Shown piece after piece: positions 1 to 11,337 of a DNA stretch of 64,000 bases. The stretch lies in assembly GCA_041690395.1 (NCBI GenBank), contig JAWLHJ010000003.1, positions 288,001-352,000 on the forward strand, written 5' to 3'. Source of the stretch: Longimicrobiales bacterium (lineage in GTDB: Bacteria; Gemmatimonadota; Gemmatimonadetes; Longimicrobiales; Gaopeijiaceae). A program made the position numbers and the translations under genes. The notes beneath the pieces were generated by a model. It ran no database searches. It saw only the letters and a list, made by a program, of their open reading frames with translations, and was not told where the DNA came from. The stretch's first letter is position 1, and each line of letters opens with the position of its first letter.

Positions 1-2
1 GG

Positions 3-1607
3 TGGCACTACGACTACCTGCAGGCGCGACTCCAGAGCGGCGCGCTCTTCGCCCAGGCGTTCCTGAACCGCAGCGAGGCCGGCGACACGTACCTGCTCCG
101 TGACGGCGCGCCCCTGTTCGATCAGTCTCGTCTGTTCGGCGCCCAGGCTCGCCATGCGTTCACATTCGCCGATGGGCGCCAGGAGATCACCTACGGAGGC
201 GACTGGGTCCGGACCGACCCGCGCACCGGCGGCACGATCCACGGCCAGTTCGAGGACGACGATGTCATCACCGAGTACGGGGGTTACGTGCAGTCCCGTA
301 CGCGCATCGGCGGGGGCCTCCAGCTCATCGGGACGATCAGGCTCGACGAGTCCAACGTGATCGAGGACCCCGTCGTGTCACCGCGCGTCGGGATCGTGTT
401 CGAGCCCCGGGACGGGCACCACTTCAGCGCCTCCTGGAGCCGAGGCTTCTCGACCCCGACGCCCACCAACTACTTCCTCGACCTGTCGGCCGGATCGGCG
501 CCCGGTCCGTTGAGCGCCTTGGGGTACCGCGTCCGGGCACGCGGAACGGGCCGCGAGGGGATCCGCTTCTCGGACGGCCAGGGCGGCTTCCAGGGGATGC
601 GCTCGCCGCGTACGCCACCGGAGTCGGGCGGACCGTCGCAGCTCGTACCGGCTACGTCGACCGTGATGTGGCAGTGCGCGGTGGGCCTGATGCGCCAGCA
701 GGGCGTGCTCGACGATCCGACGTTCGCCTACCTCCGGTCGCTGGATCCGGGCGACCAGGTCGGCGTGAACGCCTTCGATCCGGTGACCGAGACGCTATCG
801 CCGCTCACCCCTGGGTCGGTGGAGGACGTGGCGCCCCTCGGTGAGAACACGACCAGCACGTTCGAGCTCGGCTACCGCGGGCTCATCGCGGACCGGCTCT
901 TCCTTCAGGCCGGGGTGTGGCGCACCCGCCGCCAGAACTTCACGTCGCCCCTGCTGCTGCGGACGCCGCTCCTCACGCTGGACGGAGAGGACCTCGCGGC
1001 GTTCCTCGCCTCGAACGGGATCGCCCCCGAACAGGCTGGTGCGATCGCAGCCGCCGTCGCGCCGATTCCGCTGGGTGTGTTGTCTTCGGAAGACATCGCC
1101 GCGCAGGGAGCCGAGCTCATCGCCACGTACGAGAACTTCGGCACGCTGACGTACTGGGGCTACGACATCGGGGGCCGGGCGGAGCTGAGCCGGCAACTCA
1201 CGCTATCGGGTTCGCTTTCCTGGATCAGCGACGACCACTTCGACGTCGAGGAACGCCTCGTGCCGCTGAACGCGCCCGCCCTCAAGGGGACACTCTCGCT
1301 GGCGGTCTCGAACCTGTCGGTCCCGGTGACCGGCGACGTGCGGGTGCGCCACCACAGTGGCTTTCCGGTTTCGTCCGGTGACTACGTGGGAACCGCATGC
1401 CTCGGCGTCACGGGCTCGCTGGTCGAGGACTGCGTCGACGCCGCGACGCTCCTGGACCTATCGCTGGGTCTCGACGACCTCATGGGATCGGGCCTGGCGC
1501 TCCGCGTGAGCGCGACGAACTTGCTCGGCACCGCGTACCGACCGTTCGTCGGTGTCCCGACCATCGGTCGGCAGCTCCTCACGCAGCTGGAGTACCGGCT
1601 GCGCTGA
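3..1607 (+). CDS. TonB-dependent outer membrane receptor, C-terminal barrel part (5' end outside the window)
   Basis: Frame is open from base 3 (WHYDYLQARL...) into ORF 288-1607. Beta-strand pattern, VSPRVGIVF, FELGYRG, ATNLLG and an aromatic C-terminus (LEYRLR) are typical of TBDRs. Confidence 0.85.
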   Translation, partial: WHYDYLQARLQSGALFAQAFLNRSEAGDTYLLRDGAPLFDQSRLFGAQARHAFTFADGRQEITYGGDWVRTDPRTGGTIHGQFEDDDVITEYGGYVQSRTRIGGGLQLIGTIRLDESNVIEDPVVSPRVGIVFEPRDGHHFSASWSRGFSTPTPTNYFLDLSAGSAPGPLSALGYRVRARGTGREGIRFSDGQGGFQGMRSPRTPPESGGPSQLVPATSTVMWQCAVGLMRQQGVLDDPTFAYLRSLDPGDQVGVNAFDPVTETLSPLTPGSVEDVAPLGENTTSTFELGYRGLIADRLFLQAGVWRTRRQNFTSPLLLRTPLLTLDGEDLAAFLASNGIAPEQAGAIAAAVAPIPLGVLSSEDIAAQGAELIATYENFGTLTYWGYDIGGRAELSRQLTLSGSLSWISDDHFDVEERLVPLNAPALKGTLSLAVSNLSVPVTGDVRVRHHSGFPVSSGDYVGTACLGVTGSLVEDCVDAATLLDLSLGLDDLMGSGLALRVSATNLLGTAYRPFVGVPTIGRQLLTQLEYRLR

Positions 1608-1628
1608 AGGGCCGGACCCACCTCTGAC

Positions 1629-1657
1629 GAGGGGGGTGCCTTGCGAGCCCCCCCCTC
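1629..1657. terminator. GC-rich hairpin between convergent TBDR and fhs
   Basis: GAGGGGGG(T)GC-loop-GCCCCCCCCTC; no U tract. Confidence 0.35.
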
Positions 1658-1660
1658 CCC

Positions 1661-3328
1661 TCAGGCCAGCCCCACGATCGTCCCGTCCTCCTCCACCCGC
1701 ATCCCCAGCGAAGCCGGCTTCAGCGGCAGCCCCGGCATGGTCATCATGTCGCCGGTCTTCACGACCACGAATCCGGCCCCGGCCGACGGCTGAGCCTCGC
1801 GGACGGTGATGCGGAAGCCGGTGGGCGCCCCGAGGCGGCTCGGATCATCGCTGAACGAGTATTGCGTCTTGGCCATGCAGACGGGCGCGGTGCCCATGCC
1901 GAGGCCTTCGCACTCGTCGATCTGGCGTTGGGCCGCCGGGAGGATATCCACTCCGTCGGCCCGGTAGATCTCGCGCGCGATGGTCTCGATCTTCTCGGTG
2001 AGCGGCATCTCGTCCGGATAGAGGGGACGGAAGCACGACTTCTCCTCCTCCAATACGTCCCAGACGGCGTCGGCGAGATCCAGGCAGCCGGTCCCGGTCT
2101 GGGTGTACGGATCGGCGACCACGGCCTTCGCCCCGAGCTCGGCGCACGCGTCGATCACGGTCTGGAGCTCCGCCTCGGTATCCAGCGGGAACCGGTTCAC
2201 GGCGACCACCGGCTCGAGGCCGAACTTCCGGACGTTCTCGATGTGGCGCAGAACGTTCGAGAGCCCGCACTTCAACGCCTCCGTGTTCTCGGTACCCAAC
2301 TGGTCGCGGGGCACGCCACCGTTGAACTTGGCCGCCCGCACCGTAGCCGCGATGACGACCGCGTCGGGGGACAGCCCGCCGAACCGGCACTTGATGTTCA
2401 GGAACTTCTCGGCGCCCAGATCTGCGCCGAAGCCCGCCTCGGTGATCGCGACGTCGCCGAACGACAGGGCGGCCCGCGTGGCCAGCAGCGAATTGCACCC
2501 GTGGGCAATGTTCGCGAACGGCCCGCCATGGATGAACGTCGGCGTCCCACCCAGGGTCTGGACGAGGTTCGGCGCAACGGCGTCCTTCAGCAGGAGCGTC
2601 ATGGCGCCCTGGGCGTCGAGCTGGCTGGCCCGCACCGGCTGCCCGTCCACGTCGTACGCCACCACGATCTCCCCGAGGCGGCGCTCGAGGTCTTCGAGCC
2701 CGTCGGCCAGGCAGAACACCGCCATGACCTCCGACGCGGCGGTGATGTCGAAGCCGTCCTGCCGCGGCAGACCGCCGGTGCGACCCCCGAGGCCGATGAC
2801 GATCGAGCGGAGCGCCCGGTCATTCATATCGACTGCCCGCTTCCAGACGACGCGCCGCGGATCGATGCGCAGCGAGTTGGGGCGGAAGAGGTGGTTGTCC
2901 AGCAAAGCCGCGAGCAGCGCGTTCGCCGAGCTGATGGCGTGGAAGTCGCCGGTGAAGTGGAGGTTGATGTCCTCCATGGGAATCACCTGCGAGTACCCAC
3001 CGCCCGCGGCCCCACCTTTCATCCCGAACACCGGCCCGAGGCTCGGCTCCCGGAGACAGAGGACGGGGTTCCGCTTCCGGATGCTCATGGCGTCGGCCAG
3101 CCCGACGGAGATCGTCGACTTCCCTTCCCCGGCCGGCGTGGGGTTCACGCCGGTGACCAGAACCAGCTTCCCGGGGGCGCCCTCGTGCTTTCGGATGACC
3201 GACAGCGGGACCTTGGCCTTGGTCCTTCCGTACGGCTCGATCTCGGATTCGGCGAGGCCCAGCTTCGCGGCGATTTCGGCGATGGGGCGTGCGGCGGCGG
3301 CCTGAGCGATCTGGATGTCGGTCAGCAT
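1661..3328 (-). CDS. fhs: formate--tetrahydrofolate ligase
   Basis: MLTDIQIAQ start; TPAGEGKST, REPSLGPVFGMKGGAAGGGY, HGGPFANIAHGCNS, EAGFGADLGAEKF, MTMPGLP signatures. Confidence 0.97.
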   Translation of the reverse strand: MLTDIQIAQAAAARPIAEIAAKLGLAESEIEPYGRTKAKVPLSVIRKHEGAPGKLVLVTGVNPTPAGEGKSTISVGLADAMSIRKRNPVLCLREPSLGPVFGMKGGAAGGGYSQVIPMEDINLHFTGDFHAISSANALLAALLDNHLFRPNSLRIDPRRVVWKRAVDMNDRALRSIVIGLGGRTGGLPRQDGFDITAASEVMAVFCLADGLEDLERRLGEIVVAYDVDGQPVRASQLDAQGAMTLLLKDAVAPNLVQTLGGTPTFIHGGPFANIAHGCNSLLATRAALSFGDVAITEAGFGADLGAEKFLNIKCRFGGLSPDAVVIAATVRAAKFNGGVPRDQLGTENTEALKCGLSNVLRHIENVRKFGLEPVVAVNRFPLDTEAELQTVIDACAELGAKAVVADPYTQTGTGCLDLADAVWDVLEEEKSCFRPLYPDEMPLTEKIETIAREIYRADGVDILPAAQRQIDECEGLGMGTAPVCMAKTQYSFSDDPSRLGAPTGFRITVREAQPSAGAGFVVVKTGDMMTMPGLPLKPASLGMRVEEDGTIVGLA

Positions 3329-3473
3329 GGAGCTCGGAGCGTAGGTGGGGGGAGGAGCGCGGCGGGCTCGGCTTCGGCAGCCTCCAGGGTCGGGGGGCGG
3401 CAGGTTGGGCGCAAGTCGTGGGCCGTCGCTATCTTCACGGCCCCCGCATCGACACCGTCCCACCACGCCCGTC

Positions 3474-5366
<1,893 letters not shown>

Positions 5367-5547
5367 CCCCACTGGACCCACTGGGCCCGCCGGTCCAGGC
5401 GCCGCGACACCAGGGGGGCGACACAGGGGGGGGGCGCGCGACTTCCCCGGCGGAAGCACCCCGTTCGCATCATTCTCTGGATCCCCCGGGAGGGACCTGT
5501 AGCCGGAAGTCTGGAGCTCCATCCGCTGCCGTTTGCGCTCGACCGAG

Positions 5548-5730
5548 CGTGGCAGAAACATGCCCAAGCGGACGACCTCGATCGGCGATTGGCATGTTGA
5601 CCACCCTATATGGCAGAAAGGTCACAAGGCCGCCGCCGAGATTCCGGCCCATGGCATGTTGACCGCCCTATGCGGCAGAAACATCACGCGCGGTCGGCGC
5701 ACCTGCCCGCCGTGTCACGTTTCTGCCACG
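5548..5730. repeat. intergenic ~61-62 bp periodic array of alternating inverted motifs (REP/BIME-like)
   Basis: GGCAGAAA at 5551, 5612 and 5674; opposite-orientation arms GGCATGTTGACC at 5591 and 5653, and GTCACGTTTCTGCC at ~5714. Confidence 0.75.
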
Positions 5731-6025
5731 CGCCGAGCAGGCAGCCCGCTCTCCCATCGGTGCGTCAGTCCTGGACGTCCGCCCGGTGTGCGTGAGATTC
5801 GATTCCTGCTTGCTGCCACATATCGACTCCTCTGAAACCTCGGTTGATTCACTGCCGGACGGACTGATCCGGACCGCGCGGACGCAGAGCGCCCACACCG
5901 GGAGTCTCCCGGGAAGGAGTCGCCGTGAGCATCACACGGCTTTGTCGGTGTGGCGGGTCACCCCTTTGGGGGATACCGCTCGGGCCACGCCGGCACGGGG
6001 GTGTCGCACGGCGGATCCAGGTGAC

Positions 6026-7753
6026 TCACCCCCCTGCCGCGTGCCCGTCCTTGCGCGGGTCGGACCCGGCGGCGTACCCGCGCTCGAGCTTCATGATGGC
6101 CTGGGCACCTCCGTAGCTCAGACGCCCGGCATCGCCCACCTCGTGACCCATGGCGGCGAGCTCGGCGCGCACCTCGTCCGTGATCGGAGGCTCGAGCGTG
6201 ATCCGCAGCCCCCCGGAGTGCTGGATGCGCGCTGCATCGATGGCGCCCTGCAGGTCCATGTCGAACTCCAGCAGGTTGAGCATCACCTGCACGTGGCCCT
6301 GCGGCTGGAATCCACCGCCCATGACGCCGTAGCTGAGCCAGGGCTCCTCTCCCGCTTCGGTCTCGCGGGTGACGAACGCGGGGATGATGGTGTGGAAGGG
6401 CCTCTTGCCGGCGGCGATCGTGTTCGGGTGTCCCTCCTCCAGCGTGAATCCCGCCCCGCGGTTGTGGAGCATGATCCCGGTCCCGGGGACGACGACGCCC
6501 GAGCCGAAGTAGCCGTAGATGCTGTTGATGAGCGACACCATGTTGCCCTCGGAGTCCGCGACACTGAGGTAGATCGTCTCGCTGTCGGTCAGGAAGCTGC
6601 CGGGGTCCACCCGCTCCGCAGGCCGTTCCAGGTCGATGAGCGCGGCGCGCTCGGCCAGGTACTCCTCGGAGAGAAGCTCCTCCGGGGACACGAGCATGTG
6701 GTCCGGATCCGAGATGTGTTCGGACAAGTCGGCGTACGCCAGCTTCTTCACCTCGGTCATGAGGTGGATGTACTCGGCCGAGTTGTGCTCCATGGCGCCC
6801 ACGTCGAAGCCGTCGAGCATCCGGAGCATCTGGAGCGCCGCGATCCCCTGGTTCGGGGGCGGAAGCTGGTACATGCGGTAGCCGCGGAAGGGCACCGAGA
6901 TCGGATCCACCCACTCGACCTCGTGCGCGGAGAGGTCCTCGAGCGTCACGAAGCCACCGAGCTCCTGGAGGCCTTCGACGATCCGGGCGCCGAGCGCACC
7001 ACCGTAGAACGCGCCTATTCCCTGGCTGGCGACAGTCCGCAAGGAAGACGCCAGATCCGGATTCCGGTGCCACTCACCCGCCTCCGGCGGTCTCTCGCCG
7101 TCGAAGAGATAGACGGCGGTCGCCCCTTCGTTGCGCTGGAGCTTCTCGACCTGTCGCGACCAGTCCTCGGCGATGATGGGCGTGACCGGGAAGCCCCCCT
7201 CGGCGAGACGGATCGCGGGCTGCAGCGCTTCGGCGAGCGTAAGCGTGCCGTGCCGCTCGAGGAGCGCGGCCCATCCCGCGAGCGACCCCGGAACCGTGAC
7301 GGCTTCGGCCCCGCTGCCCGGCATCCGCTCGTGACCGCGGGCGACGAGCGTGTCGCGGGACGCGAGCGACCCGGCCCGCCCGATGGAGCGCATGCCGATG
7401 AGCCTGCCCTCGTCGGCGTCCCATGACAACGTGAAGACGTCGCCCCCGATACCGGTCATGTGGGGCTCCACGACGTTCAGGACCATGGCCGCGACCACCG
7501 CCGCGTCGTAGGCGTTGCCGCCCTCCTCCAACACGCGGAGCGCGGCGGACGTGGCGAGCGGCTGGCTGGTCGCCACCGCGTGGTTCGGCGCGTAGACCGT
7601 GGAGCGCCTGGCCAGGGTGGTGGGGCGAGGGCCTTCCTCTCCGCTGGATGCCTGGCTCTCGGACGACGGCGCCTGACAGCCGAGGAGGAGGCCGCTGGCG
7701 AGGAGCGCGGTCGCGGCAGCGGAGAGAAGCGTGGAGCTGAAGCGTCGGGACAT
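6026..7753 (-). CDS. ggt: gamma-glutamyltransferase family protein (lipoprotein signal)
   Basis: LEEGGNAYDAAV, VVEPHMTGIGGD, autoprocessing Thr in SETIYLSVAD, RPFHTIIP, GVMGG, GSDPRKDG; LLLGC lipobox-like signal. Confidence 0.93.
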   Translation of the reverse strand: MSRRFSSTLLSAAATALLASGLLLGCQAPSSESQASSGEEGPRPTTLARRSTVYAPNHAVATSQPLATSAALRVLEEGGNAYDAAVVAAMVLNVVEPHMTGIGGDVFTLSWDADEGRLIGMRSIGRAGSLASRDTLVARGHERMPGSGAEAVTVPGSLAGWAALLERHGTLTLAEALQPAIRLAEGGFPVTPIIAEDWSRQVEKLQRNEGATAVYLFDGERPPEAGEWHRNPDLASSLRTVASQGIGAFYGGALGARIVEGLQELGGFVTLEDLSAHEVEWVDPISVPFRGYRMYQLPPPNQGIAALQMLRMLDGFDVGAMEHNSAEYIHLMTEVKKLAYADLSEHISDPDHMLVSPEELLSEEYLAERAALIDLERPAERVDPGSFLTDSETIYLSVADSEGNMVSLINSIYGYFGSGVVVPGTGIMLHNRGAGFTLEEGHPNTIAAGKRPFHTIIPAFVTRETEAGEEPWLSYGVMGGGFQPQGHVQVMLNLLEFDMDLQGAIDAARIQHSGGLRITLEPPITDEVRAELAAMGHEVGDAGRLSYGGAQAIMKLERGYAAGSDPRKDGHAAGG

Positions 7754-7968
7754 GGAGACCTCTGGCGGCATCGGGTCGGGACCTGGTGGGTCCGCTCGAG
7801 CCCGGAGAATGCGCCCGCGACCGCCGTTCACGCAATCCGGGATCCCGGTCGGAGGATGCGAGCAGCGCCACCCGACCCATGTCCGGACGCGCGACACACC
7901 GTATACTCTTGCCGATCCCGCGACCCAGACGCGCGAGCCACACACCCCGGACCCGGACGGCAGCCTCC

Positions 7969-9048
7969 GTGCGTACCCAGAGCCTCACCCCGATCGCCCT
8001 TCTCGTCGCCATGCTCGTTGCCGTGGCTCCACTCAGCAACGTCGCGGCCCAGAGCACGGCGCCCTACAAGCTCGGCATGTTCCGCGACGCCGGCCGGGCG
8101 TTCGTCGGCATCGTGGTGGACGAGCAGGTCGTCATCGACCTGGGCCGGGCCGAGCCGGACGCGCCGGAGACGCTGAAGGCCCTGATCGGCCGGTGGGACT
8201 CGGGGTGGGCGGAACGGATCGGGAGACTGGCTGCCGCATCCCGACAGGATCCGCCGGCGTACGCGTTCCCATTGAGCCACGTCACCACCCTCCCACCGCT
8301 CGACGACCCCGAAGTGCTCCTGATGGCCGCGCGCAACTACGTGGAGCATGCCGAGGAGATGGCCGCGGTGGGGCGCGCCTCCGGCACCACGAGCGTCATC
8401 GACGAGAGCGTGCGGGTCGGGCTGCCGGGCATCTGGCAGCGGGACCAGGCGGACGACCGGCCGAACCCGTACCTCTTTCCGAAGCTCAAGACGGCGATCT
8501 CGGCCACCGGCGACCCGATCGTGCTGCCGCCCGGCCGCCCGATGATCGACTTCGAGTGCGAGTTGGTCGCGGTGATCGGACGAACGACGCGCCGGGTCGC
8601 GGTCGATGAGGCGCTGGACCACGTCTTCGGATACATGGCCATGGTCGACGTTTCCGACCGGCAGGAACGGGACGACGGCCGCTACGGCTCGGACTGGTTC
8701 ATGGGCAAGAGCCACGACTCGTTCGGGCCGAGCGGGCCGTTCGTGGTGCCGGCGGAGTTCGTCGGCGACCCCCAGGATCTCGCCATCGAGTACCGCCTGA
8801 ACGGCAACGTCATGCAGGACGCGAGCACGGCCCTGATGGTGCATACGGTGCGCGACCTCGTCTCGTTCGCGTCGCACATTGTGACGCTCGTGCCCGGTGA
8901 CATGGTCGGGACCGGCACGCCCGGCGGGGTCGGCGAGGGACGGACGCCCCCCGTCTACCTGAAGGCGGGCGACCAGAGCATGTGCACCATCGAGCGGATC
9001 GGGACGATTCGGAACCCGGTGGTGGCTGCGCCGGCGGGGTCGTTCTGA
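7969..9048 (+). CDS. fumarylacetoacetate hydrolase family protein with N-terminal signal peptide
   Basis: ARNYVEH, DFECELVAVIG, DVSDR, GKSHDSFGPSGP, PGDMVGTGTPGGVG. Hydrophobic leader ends VAAQ. Start approximate. Confidence 0.85.
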   Translation: MRTQSLTPIALLVAMLVAVAPLSNVAAQSTAPYKLGMFRDAGRAFVGIVVDEQVVIDLGRAEPDAPETLKALIGRWDSGWAERIGRLAAASRQDPPAYAFPLSHVTTLPPLDDPEVLLMAARNYVEHAEEMAAVGRASGTTSVIDESVRVGLPGIWQRDQADDRPNPYLFPKLKTAISATGDPIVLPPGRPMIDFECELVAVIGRTTRRVAVDEALDHVFGYMAMVDVSDRQERDDGRYGSDWFMGKSHDSFGPSGPFVVPAEFVGDPQDLAIEYRLNGNVMQDASTALMVHTVRDLVSFASHIVTLVPGDMVGTGTPGGVGEGRTPPVYLKAGDQSMCTIERIGTIRNPVVAAPAGSF

Positions 9049-9062
9049 GCGTGCGGGCTGGC

Positions 9063-9635
9063 ATGCCGCCGTCCGAGAGGCGGCGGGCCCGAGCTTGGGT
9101 CCGCCTCGCCCTCCTTCTGCTCGTCGCGGCCTCATGGGGCTGCTCGGGAGAAGTCCCGGAGCGACCTGCCGAAGCCCCCGAGGTGGATACGACCGTCTCG
9201 GAAGCCGCCGCTCCTCCCGAGCCGCTGGCGGACGCATCTCCGGACACAGGGGCCCCCGTCTTCGACGAGCCGGTGATCGTCTTCGCGACCGCGGGTGCCG
9301 ATGAGCTGGAATCCGTACGGTCGGACATGGGAGACGAGGACTTCTACGCGATGGCGGACGACCTGATGTGGTACAGGGCGATGGCGGAGGATGTCCTCGC
9401 TGGCCAGGACATCCGGGTGGCGCGCGTCGAGGGCCGTTCCGGGCTCCGCTTTCTCGTCGAGGGTGAGGCGCGCCTCCACGCATTCCGGGACGAGCCGACA
9501 TTGGACCTCATCGTGCTCTATCGGCCCGGTGCCGAGCCGGTGGCCGTACCCCCGATCGAGCTCTCCGTGGATCCGGAGTTGGTCGCGCGGTACTTCGCCG
9601 ACTCCGTCGGCCCGGACCCGGCGCCTGGACGCTGA
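9063..9635 (+). CDS. hypothetical lipoprotein
   Basis: LLLLVAASWGC lipobox-like signal, Pro/Ala linker, acidic domain (EDFYAMADDLMWY); directly follows the FAH gene. Confidence 0.6.
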   Translation: MPPSERRRARAWVRLALLLLVAASWGCSGEVPERPAEAPEVDTTVSEAAAPPEPLADASPDTGAPVFDEPVIVFATAGADELESVRSDMGDEDFYAMADDLMWYRAMAEDVLAGQDIRVARVEGRSGLRFLVEGEARLHAFRDEPTLDLIVLYRPGAEPVAVPPIELSVDPELVARYFADSVGPDPAPGR

Positions 9636-9787
9636 GGGACGAGCGAGGTCCGCGTGGCGCGGACGACCGTGCGGCCCCCGACGTCTGTGCGGCGATCGGT
9701 GCGCGTCGAGTTGGCGCGACACCCGGGTCCGGCCTATCCTCCGGGCGCCTCGCAGCGCCTGTTCCCCGACGAGTCCGGAGTCTCCGC

Positions 9788-10828
9788 TTGCAGTGCCGTC
9801 CGCTAGCCCACGCCCTGACGCTCTCCCTGGCGATCGCCGCCTGCGGCCCGGGCGCCGCGCCCGCCGATTCGGACAGCGCGCCCGCCGAGCGCCCCGGCGA
9901 GCCACTCCGCCCCTCGATGACGGCGCACGACGTCCTCCCCTGGGCCTTCACCCTGAACGACCCACCGGTCGAGGGGGCTCCGTCGCCCGATCCGGACGAG
10001 GTCGTGACGGTCCCGGGCTCGGACCTCACGGTCCGGCGCGCCGACATCAGCATCGACAACGGCCCGCCGGATTGGCACCCGGACGGCCACCCGCCGATGC
10101 CCGACGTCGTGGCGAGCGGCGGCGGCGAGGGAGTGTTGGCCTGCGCGTACTGCCATCTTCCCAACGGCCAGGGCAAGCCGGAGAACGCCGGCCTGGCGGG
10201 CCAGCCCTTCGACTACCTGGTGCAGCAGATGGAGGACTACCGGAACGGCCTCCGCCGAACTGGTGATCCGCGCATGGGCCCGCCCACGCTCATGATGGGC
10301 ATCGGGGCCGCCGCCACCGACGAGCAGGCCCGGGTCGCGGCCGAGTACTTTTCGTCGATCGATTTCAAACCGTGGATCCGGGTGATCGAGACCGACTCCG
10401 TGCCCGTCACGCGCATCGGGGGATGGCTGCACGAGGTGGTGGAGGACGCCGGCATGGAGCCGATCGGCACGCGGGTGGTCGAGACCCCCGAGGACCTCGC
10501 GCGGACCAAGCTGCGCGACGACGCGTCGGGCTTCGTCGCCTACGTGCCGCGCGGGGCGATCGCGCGGGGGGAGCGCCTGGTCCGGACCGGAGGCGCCGAT
10601 GGGCGGACGGTCGCGTGCACCACCTGTCACGGTGACGACCTGCGCGGCCTGGGTCCGATCCCCGCCCTGGCGGGGCGCTCCCCGAGCTACATGGCCCGCC
10701 AGCTCTACGACCTGAGGGTCGGGAACCGCGACGGCGCGTGGTCCGATCTCATGGACGCGGCGGTGGAGAACCTCACGGTGGAGGACGTCGTCGACATCGT
10801 CGCTTATACGGCGAGCCTCACCCCCTAG
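9788..10828 (+). CDS. diheme c-type cytochrome (c4/c553-like), lipoprotein
   Basis: Two CxxCH motifs (CAYCH, CTTCH), LAGQ..YLVQQM and LAGRSPSYMARQL, Met axial-ligand candidates, LAIAAC lipobox. Confidence 0.88.
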   Translation: MQCRPLAHALTLSLAIAACGPGAAPADSDSAPAERPGEPLRPSMTAHDVLPWAFTLNDPPVEGAPSPDPDEVVTVPGSDLTVRRADISIDNGPPDWHPDGHPPMPDVVASGGGEGVLACAYCHLPNGQGKPENAGLAGQPFDYLVQQMEDYRNGLRRTGDPRMGPPTLMMGIGAAATDEQARVAAEYFSSIDFKPWIRVIETDSVPVTRIGGWLHEVVEDAGMEPIGTRVVETPEDLARTKLRDDASGFVAYVPRGAIARGERLVRTGGADGRTVACTTCHGDDLRGLGPIPALAGRSPSYMARQLYDLRVGNRDGAWSDLMDAAVENLTVEDVVDIVAYTASLTP

Positions 10829-11337
10829 GGTGGCGCGGCCTCCCACACGTACAGGACGTGAGGGAGGCCCGCGTGCGTCAGCTTACGCTCGTAACCGAGA
10901 CCGACCTTCTCGAGCACCCGCTGTGACGCCCGGTTCGTGGTGAGCGTGATACCGACGACACGAGACAGCCCCACGGTCTCACGCGCGAGCCGGACGCCCG
11001 CCTCGGCGATCTCGGTCGCGAAGCCCCCGCCCCACCGCTCACGAACGACGGCGTAACCCACCTCGACCTCCAGCGCGCCCTCGACCTCCAGGTACCGGAT
11101 CCCGCCGCGTCCCACGAACGCGCCCGTCTCGAGGTCATGCGCCATCCACCAGCCGAAGCCATGCCGTCGCCAGTGGTCCTCCTGCGCCATGGCATAGCCC
11201 ATGGTCTCCTTCTCCGAGCGCAGGCCACCCAGAGTGGCCATGACCTCGGGATCGCCATCGAGCTCACGGAACTCCACCCAGTCCTCGGCACGGATCGGAC
11301 GAAGGGAGAGGCGGTCGGTCGTGAGGCCCTCGGTCAT
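10825..11337 (-). CDS. GNAT N-acetyltransferase (RimJ/RimL family)
   Basis: LTTDRLSLRP, EVGYAV..WGGGFATE, NRASQRVLEKVG; start overlaps the upstream gene stop (ATGA). Confidence 0.88.
   Translation of the reverse strand: MTEGLTTDRLSLRPIRAEDWVEFRELDGDPEVMATLGGLRSEKETMGYAMAQEDHWRRHGFGWWMAHDLETGAFVGRGGIRYLEVEGALEVEVGYAVVRERWGGGFATEIAEAGVRLARETVGLSRVVGITLTTNRASQRVLEKVGLGYERKLTHAGLPHVLYVWEAAPP

Noticed and set aside
5548..5730. CRISPR array
   Set aside because: Only two near-identical ~36 bp copies plus partial arms, degenerate repeats, and no cas genes in the window. Kept as a REP-like array.
5533..5835. 100 aa ORF containing CPPCH
   Set aside because: It reads through the repeat array, has no RBS or signal peptide, and has non-genomic codon usage; the CxxCH is probably chance.
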